The notes beneath the pieces are model-generated. The model saw nothing but the letters and a program-made list of their open reading frames with translations. It ran no database searches and had not been told where the DNA came from. Both the position numbers and the translations under genes were made by a program. From the human T2T-CHM13v2.0 reference genome, Homo sapiens, in NCBI RefSeq assembly GCF_009914755.1, contig NC_060927.1: a DNA stretch of 64,000 nucleotides, one strand, 5' to 3'. Shown here one piece after another: positions 39,591 to 52,218 of this stretch (position 1 is its first letter; each line of letters begins with the position of its first letter).

Positions 39591-40056
39591 ATTTGTTTAC
39601 ATTTGAACATGCTCTTGTGTGAATAATACGTGCGTGTTTTAGGTAACTATGAAATATAAACATATGCATATCTTCTTTCCATTTTTAGAGAGGGGATTAT
39701 AGGTTTGGGAAATTTCATATTGTAGAATCCATTGAAGTTGGTGTTATGTAATATTTACTTACAGCAAATAAAAATAAAGTCTATATTATGTAAAATATAT
39801 AATGTACATGATACTAGTGAACTATAAGGGTGTTTACTTGAACCTGCACTCTGAATGCGTACCATAGATGGCCTTACTGATAAATTATGTCAAAATGACT
39901 TCAACTTATCATAACCTACAATGCTCTAATCACATACCGGTCACAAATAAAGTATTTGCGTATGTAACTCTCAAAAAGTCATTATTAATCATTAGGGAAC
40001 ATTAACTGGTACTTTAAATGGAAAATACACTAATGGAAAAAAAATGACTTGCTGTT

Positions 40057-40568
40057 ATTGGTAGCTATGTTGGATTAAAATGCCACTTTTTTGACATTCC
40101 TTCTATTAAGATATAGAGACCTCTCCCCTTGAATGCAGACAGATACTGCATTAGTGATGCTGTTTCTGTTTCTGGACCCAGGCCTCAAGAATTGGTGGAT
40201 TCATTTTCCTTCCTCTGAGAAGACCCTCTTAGGCACTAGATAAGAAATCCAACACCTTGAACATTCTATGTTGTGAAGAAGCCCAAGCTAGCCATGTGGA
40301 CAGGCCCCAGGGATAGAAAGTGAGAGAAAGAGACCTCCATCAACTCCTAATTGTTCTATTCCTCCCAGCTTAGATACTAGACATATAGGTGAAGAAGTCT
40401 TCAAATGACTTCAATTTCGTCTGTCATCTGACTGCAGTCACGTGAAAGACCCTAAGCAGGAATCACCCAGATGAGCCTGTCAACGCTCAGAAACATAAGG
40501 AATAATAAATTATTTTAAGTCACTAAGCATTGGGGTAGTTTGTTATGTACCAGTAGATGACTAGTGTA
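40057..40568 (+). mobile_element. MLT1H/G-like LTR
   Basis: 'gtgaagaagcccaagctagccatgtgga...ctgactgcagtcacgtgaaagaccctaagc...ttttaagtcactaagcattggggtagtttgttatg'. Confidence 0.85.
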
Positions 40569-40819
40569 GTGACCAATAACTAATAAAAGAACATTATACT
40601 GTGGCAAAATATTTTTACACTTTGGAAAAGAAATTGGAAAGGGAAAACATTTAAATTAAGTTATCCAAATTGGAAGAGTCTGTTTTCTGCCTATCTTCTG
40701 GTTCTCTTTGTATATGAATTTATTTTTTAAAAAAACAACATGTCTACTGCTACACAGATTAAAAAGCTGCTCAACATGAGTGGCAATGTTATGTACATAG
40801 CCCCATTTTATCTTTTGTC

Positions 40820-41480
40820 TATGTCCGGTGGATTGAGATGGGTGTGCCTCCTGTTTTAGAATATCCAGTCTTCTTTCTGTCATCCTGATCAGTGATGCAA
40901 CCAGAAACTTGAACACTGATATAAAGATTTCCTTTTCCTCCTCCAGAAAGTTCTTGCCCTTGAGCAGGATTCAGTAGAAGCCTGCAATATTTGAAGCAGT
41001 CACCTAGCAGTTGTTTAACGTGGCTGACTATGCCCTGCAGGCTTATACAGAAGGAGATAGAGCAGGTTGTCAATTATTTCTGCACTCAGGGCTACGGACT
41101 AACAATATGCTTGAGTGAGGCAGAGGTTACACATCAGCTGCAATCCCACAGGCAATCCAAATCTGCCATTAATGGTAAGGAACTAAGAGTTTCAACAAGG
41201 TTGAGTTCCCTTGGTTGTGAGTTCCCAGTGAGGCAAACTTGGACCAGGATATAACAGTTCTTGTTAAGATAAGTCAGTGCATCAGCTAGAAGATGAACCG
41301 GTAGGAATGGCAGCAACATGTCATCAAATTATAGTTCAAACTCCAAGGTCTATGTGTTGTCAGGCCTTTATGACTCTGAGGCCTGCATCTTACTGACAGC
41401 ACATGCAATCGGAGAGTTCCTGCAGATGTTACTTCCTCTGGAATAAAACTGTTGCATGAATTTACCTTATCATCATCCCA
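40820..41480 (+). mobile_element. Ancient RTE-clade LINE relic (L4/RTE-X-like), reverse transcriptase region
   Basis: Collinear frameshifted motifs QLFNVADYALQAYTEGD (41008-41058, FADD box), YGLTICLSEAEVTHQ, INGKELRV..LG, EANLDQDI, WQQHVIKL, KVY..LYDSE. Confidence 0.8.
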
Positions 41481-42461
41481 AAGTGTAGCCATTTTACAAT
41501 GTTAAAACTATGGAAATACCTAATGAAGTGATTAGGGCATCTAATTAGAAGCCTCAGATTCAAACTTTGACATGATTTAGGGTAGTCTGTGGTGAACATA
41601 TTTGTTAAGTTATAGAATGAAGTGTTGAAGACATCAGCTATAAATATTCTATGTCACCTGTTGGTAGAAAGGACACTGATCTAACAAATTTTTAAGTTAA
41701 ATTAGTTCCACGATAACAAATACTGAAATAGTCCCCAAGGAAAGACCATTTCACATAAATATCATTTATTTTTCTAACCAAATGAAGTCTCCTCTTTGAG
41801 AATGCTGTGCTCCTTTATAGCATATTATGGGGATAGTTTCAGTCCACATACTACAGGATGGTCACAGTCCTCCAAGATATTTCTTTTGATCTTTCCCATG
41901 GTAGATTAAAAAAAATTGTTTCCTTTTTCACACATTTATCCAGATGTGTGGATAAATCTAATGAAATAAGAAACACAGGTTATTCTACTATTAGATCATA
42001 TGAAATATTTATCATTTCTCCCCTTCTTGAATTAAAACTCAGTAGAATAGGTTAACCGTGGTCCTACGAAGCCCTACCTTTCTTTTTCACTCATTTGTCT
42101 CTCACTCTTCTGCGGTTTTCCTCAGAATCATAAAAGCAGATTTTAACTCATCTTGGAGTTTAGTATATAGTTGAGGGAAAATCATCCCTGGCAGACGTTT
42201 TTTTCTTCTGAATTCCTCATTATGCCTTGGCTTCTGGTATTCACAGGACTGGGATTTTGCAATGCTTCCATGAAACACTGGATGGCTCTGAGTTTAGTCT
42301 AAATGGGGAAAGGGCCAGGAAATAAACAGGAATTAAAGGAAATGAAAATCACAAGGAACAAAAGCACACTAATATGTTAAAATATTGCTTTCCTCCTTTA
42401 TCAAATACAGTGAATCCCCTGTAGGTTGAACCTTTCTTCTTTTAGCTACATCCTCATATCA

Positions 42462-42739
42462 TTTTTTTTCGTTTTATTTATTTTTTATTTTTTGAGATGT
42501 CATCCGGGCTGGAGTGCAGTGGAGCTATCCGGGCTCAAGGAATTCTCCTGCCTCAGCCTCCCAAGTAGCTGGAATTACAGGCACCCACAACCACACCCTA
42601 CTAATTTTTGTATTTTTAGTAGGGACAGGGTTTCACCATGTTGGCAAGGCTGCCCTCGAACTCCTGACCTCAAATGATCTGCCCACCTCAGCCTGCCAAA
42701 GTGCTGGGATTATAGGCGTGAGCCACCATGTACCCAGCC
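42462..42739 (-). mobile_element. AluS (Sz-like) with right-arm deletions
   Basis: Antisense Alu 'ctcctgacctcaaatgatctgcccacctcagcc...gtgctgggattataggcgtgagccacc'. Confidence 0.95.
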
Positions 42740-42911
42740 TATTCATGTCTTTTTGAAAAATGTCTATTTCAGATTTCTGGATAGGGACCTAGGAGGATAC
42801 TTACACTACATAGGGTGTCACTACATCTTCTCTCCTGGCTATTAGTTTTCTTCTTTACTATTACTATAGAAAACTAAAGCAGTCAACTTTGAAACCATTT
42901 TGATAGGAAAT

Positions 42912-43294
42912 TATAGTGGTTAGGTTTATGTGTCAGCTTGGCTAGCCTTACGTCCAATCTATAGTTATTTAATCAAGCATTAATTAAGGCATTGCTGTAT
43001 TTTGCAGGTGTGATTAAGTGAATAATCAGTTGATTTTAAATAAGATCACCTGAGTGGCCCTGATTCAATCAGGTGATAGGTCTTAAAAGTACAACTGAGG
43101 CTTCTCTAAAGAAGGAGTGTCGGCCGTGAGCAGCAGCTTCAGCTTGTGCCTGAGAGTTTTCAGCCTGCCCTTCCTGAAGGCTTGTGAACATGCCTGGCCA
43201 CCACCCATAATCCATAAGCCAATTCTCTGCAGTAAATCTCTTAATATCTATCTCCCACTAGTTCTGTATCTCTGCTTGGACCCTGTCTGATACA
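42912..43294 (+). mobile_element. MLT2D-like ERVL solo LTR
   Basis: 'gtggttaggtttatgtgtcagcttggctag...ccctgattcaatcag...cagcctgcccttcctga...ccctgtctgataca'. Confidence 0.88.
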
Positions 43295-43329
43295 GGGAGA
43301 AAGAGTTAATGGGTGATAATGGCTGAAGA

Positions 43330-43915
43330 TGTTGTCTTCCTATGGAAAATAATATTCTTTTTAAATGCTTTCAAGGAGGCTTTAAATGTTGGCCTTATAG
43401 GTTCTGTCCTGTACAGTTCTCAGTGGCACCATTTGTATATCTTATGTTTTAAATGCCACCTCCTGAGGATTTTCAGTGTGATAGTTTTGGTTTTAACGCT
43501 GTTCCTTGAAGTAGTGAAAGTGTGGCAATTTGAGTCACTGTAGACGTCAGCTGTCTTGGGCTTCAGACACCAGATGCTGTTGATTGCTTCTCTACCTATG
43601 CATAAAAGCAGCCCCAGTGTACCCAGATTCTGAAAGAGTATTATTGAATCCATCTATTAGCCAAACTGTGGAGAATGAAGGATGAACCTTGCTCATAAAG
43701 AATTGCTGCCATCGAGGTTAAATGGTTGTGTTCCTAATAGCATGACATACTTTAGATGGAGGCCTTGGTGTTTGGAAAAGGGCTGGGTACTGTAAATTAG
43801 ATTTCCAATCCTGGTATTGGAAAATAGCATATAAGTCATACTGTTCTGCAGGGCTGGTGGTCTAACCACCAATCTAATCATTGCCAAGCAGAGTTGTACT
43901 TTCTGGAGCCTCTCG
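43330..43915 (-). mobile_element. Tentative second RTE-clade relic (MamRTE1-like)
   Basis: Minus-strand KASLKAF (43363-43383), KLP..LQ (43523-43531) and QQHL in roughly the expected order and spacing. Confidence 0.4.
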
Positions 43916-46900
43916 GGGTTACTATTCTTTCAGAGATGACACAAAACATTTACTGAGTAGAATATGTATCTATTTTTTTCCAGTATTTCCTTGCGTTTCC
44001 AACTTTCTTTCGTCCTGTCTTTCATCCTCACTTCCTGATTTCTCTTAGTTTCACTTAAGTGATTCAGCAGGGAACTCACAGTTCTGATAAATTATTCTTA
44101 TAAAAATAAGATTGTTTGGCTTATGATAAAATGACTATACCTTTGTCAGGCCTTCAAAGGAAGTTTTACTTCAGATGTTTAAATGTCAGAGCACCCTATA
44201 AAATTATCTAGAAGCACTGAACTGTCCAAAATAATTTTACAAAACCCCCCATCTTTTAAATTCTATCTAACAACTGTCAGTATTGCAGTGTCAGATCACC
44301 CAGCGGCATATGTGTGACCTCGCGGTATGCTGTCTTTTTAAAAAGCATGCACTCTTTCGCTTTCCCTAGTCCTTTTCTCCATCTGCCTGCTGACCCATGT
44401 GGCTGTTTTAACATCCACCTCAGTGGAAGCCTCATACCTGCCTGGCCAGCAGAAAGTAACACAATGACAGCAGTTTCTGTGGGACTGAAGAGGAGGGGAT
44501 GAGAAAGCTTGGATGTCCTGTCTTTTTCTGGACAGCTAAAATGAAGATAGAGGACAGCTCCAGGAAAAGTCATGCCCTGGAATTTTCAATCAGCATGCAT
44601 CGGTTTAGGGAGTGGGTGAATAAATGGGCAATCTATTTCAGGGCAGTTTCCCTTCTGGAAGAAGGGGCAATTTGTTTTAGGGTCACGTGCTGGGTAACTA
44701 TCTGCATAAGAAACCCTAATAATTTCCAGCACAAGCTATTCACCAGAGAACCTTGTGACGACTTTCTCAGGAAGGTTAGTTTATAATGAATCAGAATCTG
44801 TCAACAAACTGATCACGATTGTGTTCACCCCAGTAGTCACCGCAAGTGTGTTCAGGGTGGTAAGTGCTTCCTTTGAGAGTATACAAGATTATTTACAGGC
44901 TAATTTTCATCTGAATTTCTTCCACACTTTTTACCATGACATTTAACTGGTATAATTTCTTCATATGATCATGTAGACAGTTATGTTGAGAGACCAAATG
45001 CCTCTTTGCTGAATTACATGAAGCAAAACAATATTTTAAAAGGAAACCAGCAAAAATGTTATTTTTACTCCTAACCCCCAAAATGACCTTTTTTTCCGTT
45101 AAATGTAGAGAGAAGTAATTTTTTTCATTAGAAAAGATTGTCTTTTTTTTTTAAATAATTGACTGGGTTCAGTAGATGGAAATTATTGACTACATAAGAC
45201 TATATAAAAGCCATATGGAGGGGGTTACACTAATATAATTAAAATGTATTGATAGTTTTAAAAATACTTAGTCGTATAAACTATCTAATGGGTGTGTTCA
45301 AGTCTAAGTTATATTAATGCCAGTGGACGTTACACCAAACATACATGTGGTTGCCAGATTTTATTTTGAGATTTTAAATTTATTAGAACCTCAAACTCAC
45401 ATTAAAGGTCTCGTGTGGTAGAAACAAAGATTCCCTTAAACCTCTGTGAACTGAAATTGCCATGTCTCATATAGCTTTACAGTTTTACACAAGAACACTG
45501 TGGCGAGATGAAAGCTATGTTCTGTGACATCCTCTGTGGTATTGTTGTGTCTCCAGCTCTCTACCCTTGAACAATCCTGTTTGGTGACTTCTGTGTCTCT
45601 GTGGGTAACTCAGGAAATCTGTCTGATGTAACATCTTGGAAGGCACAACTCCAGGCTAACTGATCAGAAAACACTTACAGAGCTAGCTCAGACTATCAGT
45701 TAGCTTTCTAAATCTTCATTATGTTAAAACAGAAAATGTCGTAGTGAAAAAGAAGACAGTTTGTCCCCATATCTCTGTCTCAAAAAGTATGTTTGTTCAC
45801 TGATGACCCAAGGATTTTTCCTAAAAAATGAAGTTGGTCAAAGGCAATCAAAGACAACTCTTTATTTTGGAGAGAATTCAAACTTTGAGGCAGCTGACTC
45901 CTCTCTGTTCAATAATAGCAATCTCTTTAATCAGTGTTAGGTCGATAGTGAAATATTTACTGTGGATGCTTCCAGAATGATTTGAAGCCAGCTCTTTGGA
46001 GAGCATTGATAATCTCAGGGTAATCTAAGCCATCCTTACGTGCGGTGTCAATGTGCTGAACTGAACAATGCCTCTGATACAGATCTGTGGATCATAAACA
46101 ATAAAGAGCTATTTTAAGAGATTTCATATAAAATCACCTCTGACTAAGTACATGCCAGGGCAGATCTCAGTGGGGGAGAGGAGAAATGTGAGATTTTAGA
46201 ATATCAGTAGTAAAGATCAGAACATGGTAAAAGCCCAATTACATCAAAGTTGAAGGACCTTTAAAAACATATTTTTAAAGTGGTGTGTTTTTTTGTTATT
46301 ACTATATGTGCTATAACTTTTGCTCTATCTTTTGTTAGCTATCAATATTTTAGCTTTTCCTCTCATTACTAAATGTGCTTCAGCACTTCTGGGACAGAGA
46401 TTATGAGATTTTCTACATTTAGTTGATCTCATCCTGTGAATTTACTGAATAATTAAACTTCTAGGAAGATACGTTGCTAAAAACAAGTGATGGGTTAGTT
46501 TTGACTGCAATGCTGTATAAATTATTGAAGTATATCTCTAGAAAACAAGCTTAATAGCCTATTATAAAGCTTATTTGAATAAAAAGACAAGAACAGTCAC
46601 TCACAGAGATTGTCTAGCAGCACTTCACAGACAATTGCACAAATTATCTAAAGGTGGCATGACGTAAGCTCCATTCCATTTATAATATGACATAGTTGAT
46701 ATGGACCACTGCTTGCAGAGCCATATCTCAATTATTTTAAATAGAAAACTTTAATAAATGCACTCAATTAGAGCTCAGTTTTAATCAGTTGCAACCTGGG
46801 GTAGGCAATGTCACTTTTCAAAGAAGCAAAACCTTCTTTCAAACAATTATGGGACTTGAAAAGATTGTATGCATGGGATGAAGTTGTAATTCTAAAACAC

Positions 46901-49299
46901 TAAAGGTGCTTCTGCAGAAGTATTTTGTAGTAAATTTGCCTGTGCAGCATACAATTGTGAAGAAAAAAGCTTGGGCAGGTTGTGACATGTTACCATTGGA
47001 ACATTTAGAGGGGGCTTACTAGTAAGTTACAAATTTCATCTCCAAAATTCAAAATCTAGACTATGACAAATTATTGTATAGAAACACTTTATTTTATATG
47101 TTCCTGATTAGTAAGATTAATTATTTATAACTGATAGGGCATCAAGGAATGAATTATGGTTTTGAATTAATTTACAAAGGAAAACATGTATGCATAGTAA
47201 TATTGGTACATTCACCTAAATTTAAACTATTTCTTATATTTACAATCAAACCTGGTTGACAATACCTGCAAGGTGTTTAAAGATACCAATTTCATATGAT
47301 TATCTGTATCTATTCAATCAGTCATTTTCCAAATATTGAAAGTCTTCAGAATGATACAAGAATCCTCCATGTGGGCACAATGCAATGTTTTACAAATAAG
47401 CGTTATCAGTCACTTTTTTAGAAAGATGTCAATGGATATTTTAATAATTTAATGTCCTTCTTGATTGGATTCTAATTTGTAATGCACACACTACAAAAAT
47501 ATTAGGGTCAGAGTTACACAATGCTGCTAAAAGCATTCTATAATTTATCAAGATATGTGTGCATGTATACATAAATATGTGTGTGTATCCAAGTAATATA
47601 ATTATGTATAACATTTAATATTCAACTTCAGACTCATATTTAGTTGCCACACCCTGGTACAGAAGTCTAATTGGACTGGTGTCTGCTCTGATAAAATTAC
47701 CCTAAACAGATGTCAAAAATTTTTAAAATATTACTCTCTGTAAAACAAGGTGATCAAGATAAGCAACACTGCTTATTCTAAGGTCTCTGGTATGTATTAG
47801 TAAATTTTACTGTTCATGTGACTTCTGATCAGATTCTTTATGTATTGTGAGGTTCAAACACAATTGACACAAATAATGAAAATTTTCAGAAAAAGATTTA
47901 TAAGAGCAAGATAAAACAAGGGGATCATTTAGCTAAGAAGAGAGGGGGGTTAGAGGTTAAAGTACTTAATGTTGAAAGTATGATAACCAGAAGCTGGGTA
48001 TGTACACAAATGACAGATCAGAAAGAAATTGGTGTAACTGCCAATAGCCATGAGCACCCACATATAAAATACCCTTGCTTAACCTGGGGGTTGCTTTCAT
48101 GCCTGAGAAGTTCTGTGGTTAGCAAAAACAAGTTTGAAATGTTCAGAACTCAAAATAGTGTTTTAAGGATCATGTTTCAAGATTGTTCTTTCTCTCTCCC
48201 TTTTAAAATTTTTTTTGAATCAGACACTTATAGCTTGAAATTTAACATCTTTAATACTTGTATTCTCCTTGTTCAGTTTTCACAGGAAGTAAACTGCCGA
48301 ATAATGCCTATTTAAAATAAAAAATCTTGGCCTCTTGTTTTTCCAGAGCCTAGTAATTCATCTATTTATATGTTTTTTCAATCAATCAACTATCAGATGA
48401 AGAATAAATTCATCTTTTTTTTTTTCCTGTGTCACCCATTCTTTACCATTCTTCAAGTATGGATCATTGATTGCTGTCAGGTTTTTATATTTAAGACAAT
48501 TTTATTGGCCCAGATTATATAAAAGGAATCACATGTTTAAAATTTTCAGCATACAAACATAAGACTGTGTTATTTAAACCATAGTTGTTGAGAGTTAAAT
48601 GTACATCAATTACAACTCCCACCCCATTCCTATTTTTCTCTTTAGTTATTCAAACTACAAATTTATGAAAAGAAGCAGACATGATGTTTTAATTGTTTAC
48701 TTCTGCTATGTGACATAAAAAATTCAGGGTAAAAATAGTTGCTCTATAATTATTTGAATTTGGTTAACTGCTTGCTGATAAAATTAGTCCTACCTAGATC
48801 TAAATAATAGATAATTTTTTGTTTGGTCCTGTTTATTCCTCTTACTCATATTCCTCAAAAGTTTGCTATTCCAAACCAATCATTCCCTGTCTTCTTCCTA
48901 AATTTACCATCTGGTACCCACTTTCAAAATATGAGAAGAAGATGTATATACACACACATATTTGAGAAATAGTTCTATTGTGGGTGAGTGGCTAAATGCT
49001 GACATTCTATATACTGGAGAATCTTAATTCTCTCTCTTAGCTTCGTGATTACAGGCTGCAGTTTTATTCTAGACTTTTTTATGGAGTTCAAATATTTACC
49101 TAATATAAGCTAATCATTGCTTGGTTATAGAAATTGAAAAAATATTTTCATTAAAACTTATAAAGTTATATGACCAATGAAAAATTTCAGATCCCCACAA
49201 TTATTCATTAAGAAGTTTTGTAAGATTATTTTGAGGAGCTATATATGTGTGTGTGTGTATACATATATATATAAATATTTATGTATGTAGGTATACATT

Positions 49300-49633
49300 T
49301 GCAACTTGGGATAAAAAAATCATGCCTCTTTTTAGGGATCCAGCTGGGCCATAATTTAAATCATGAAAAGTATCTTTTAATGCACCCAAGTTTGTTCTTT
49401 AAAAAATTTACCCCAGTGCATTCCCTCTCTGAATGTAACCTGGTGAAACTTTTTCCCTTTGTAGTTATTCAGCTCAACTAAATAACTTTCTAGATTGACA
49501 CACTGAGCATTAGAAAATCAAAAAGAAGATGGTGAAGTTTCACAGTCAGTACTTGATTTGATATTCCTTTAAATTTAAATCATGACCCAGCTGGATCCCT
49601 AAAAAGAGGCATGATTTTTTATCCCAGGTTGCA
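49300..49633. repeat. Inverted repeat: arms 49300-49361 and 49573-49633, 211-bp spacer
   Basis: Arms are reverse complements with 3 mismatches and one homopolymer indel. Confidence 0.97.
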
Positions 49634-51912
49634 TTCTATTGAGCTGCTCTGTGAACTGACTTCAGAAGTATCTGGGAACATAGAGGCAGGTGCAGGAATG
49701 GTTTAGAGACTGAGGTAGAGATTAAGTTTTTCTAAGTCTCCAAGAGCAAGGGGAAACAGTGTTTCCATAACAGTTAAAGGATTCCACATGTGAAAAGGGG
49801 ACATAATGAGTTGTCATTTCTACTCACTTTGTGGAATTTCTCTAATCAGATACTTTCTTAGGAAATCTTGCCTTCTGATTTTGAATAGAAGATACGATGT
49901 CAGTTTATGTGCCAAGAAGAGGTCTCCAAAGCTGTATCTTCTTTAGAAAGCCAATTTAGTTTGTGACTATTATTTAATTCATTTGAGTAGGCTGAGAGTC
50001 AAAATAATGAAAAACTCAAGAAATCAACCTTTACGGATTTTAGAATCAGTCATATAACTAAACCAGCCCCATCTTTCTCCCCTTTAGGAAATGACTGCTG
50101 GAGTTGCCAAGAACTCCTTCCTGTCCTGTTCTCTCTAAGGATCTCTATAAAATTATATTTTCCTGTAAAGCTCACAGCATACTTTCATTTCCAAGAGCCA
50201 TGCAGAGATTTGGTGTATTTGCAATTGTGTAAAACTCTCTTCTCTAAAACACTTTGGTGTCTAAAATTTGAAGCTCAGGGAAGTTAAAATGCCACCCATC
50301 AGCATTCTCTGGAACACAGGGAGGCTCTGAGGGGTTAAAGTCAATCACTAGGACCACGACTACTGCCAATAATCCTACAGACTCAAATTGAATTTTAGCC
50401 ATCCTGTGCACATGCACAGCTCTTGAAAGGAGAAAAAAAAATTTTTTTTCCCCTCACATGGGGGATGTAGGCAGAAACAGTGGCAGAAATGGAATCCATT
50501 GCATCAAATGGCTTGTGTGCTGATTGAATTTAAAATTGGACTTTCTTATTCCCCGATTTTTGCTTCAGAGATGTGAGAAGGGGGAGGCAGGTGTCTTGTA
50601 AATAAAAAATGTGACTCAGCTGTAAAACATGGAATGGGGGGAATAAAGAGCTTCATTGTTCATTTTTAAAAAGGAAGAAGAATAGGAATCTGCGTAACAA
50701 ATGGTCTTGGCAGTTACCAGAACTCAGCTTCTGCACAACAAATCCAAATAGCATGACGCTTCTCTGATTCTAGGTTTTACTAAATTTTAATGAGTGTTGA
50801 AGTAACTTCATAGGAAAAATCTCACTGGCATCTCTAGAAATCCTTTTCCTTTTATTTATCAAAGCTTCCTTAACACTTTTAAAGAAATAGAAATAAAACA
50901 AAATAACTATCTTCCAAAATATTCTTTGACAAATAAAATATATTTGTGCTCTGACAGAGGGTGAATGTTTACCCAATAGCCTACCTATTTTACTCCACTT
51001 AAAATTTGCAGCGGAAGTTTAATCCAATAATTTGAAAATGTTTTAGTTTACTTAAATGATTTCTCAAACTCCATTATTTGAGAGAGGAAGAGATAAGGCA
51101 GCCAGCTTCCGTAGGAAGAGACATCATTTCGTTGCAATGTAGCAGATCCAAACATGCTATTTTCAGTATGTATTAGAGTTTCCTTACTTTGGTTTTTCCA
51201 TCAAAATCATACACTAGAATTCGATATTCTCCTTTCAAATAAAGCAAATTCCCCGTTGTCTTCAAGAAAGTTGTTCTTAGCCACCTTGAATTTAAAGAGG
51301 AAAACTCCAACAGCAGTCAATAAATAAGAAACACATTGGTTACTTAAAAATTCTCTCTTGGGTATTGTCCAAGAGACTCTAGGGACCTGGGGAAATAGAG
51401 TATTTTAAGAGAAACAGAAACATACTTCAGAGAAGGAGGTATTGAATTTCTTCATGAATGTTTTTATGTTTAGGCTCTGTTGAACTAGGGAATAGGGATT
51501 TAAACAGCCTGTATCTTCTTTTAATGGTGTATCTTGGTTGCATACCCATCAAATGATAAGAATTACAGGAACACTGGGTGTTCTATTTGATTCTAAAAAA
51601 AATAAGACTATGAAAACAGTAAAAGTAGATGAATGATGGGCAAAATCTTGTCTAGAAACTAAGTTCCCAGTGAGAGGTGCATCAGATAAAATCAAGGTCC
51701 AAAGACAACTAGGTGCTATAGGTCCTGTAATTTGTTTTGTCGTATTGAAAAAAACTTTTAAAATATATACAAGATGTTGTGGTACCACTGAGGAAAATTA
51801 GAAGGCTTTATTCTTAATCCAGAAGAACATAGATTCAAGTGATGCAGGTGGGATGAAAAATTACCTTAAATAAAGAAGCAGGTATCTTAATTTATTAACA
51901 AGAATAATATCA

Positions 51913-52218
51913 GGCCAGGTGCAGTGGCTCATGCCTGTAACCCCAACAATTTGAGAGGCCGAGGTGGCAGGGTCGCTTGAGCCCAGGAGTCTGAGACCAA
52001 TCTAGGAAACATAGTGGGACCCCATATCTACACTAAAATAAAATAAATAAAAAAATTAGTGGGGTGTGGTGGTCGGCAACTGTAGTCCCAGCTACTCAGG
52101 AGGTAGAGGTGGGAGGGTCACTTGAGCCCAGGAGAGAGGCTGCAGTGAGCTGCGATTGCACCACGGCACTCCAGCCTGGGTGACAGAGAGATACTCTGTC
52201 TCTAAAATAACAACAAAA
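51913..52218 (+). mobile_element. AluJ (Jo/Jr-type)
   Basis: 'cgcttgagcccaggagtctgagacc', 'gggagggtcacttgagcccagg', 'gaggctgcagtgagctgcgattg'. Confidence 0.95.
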
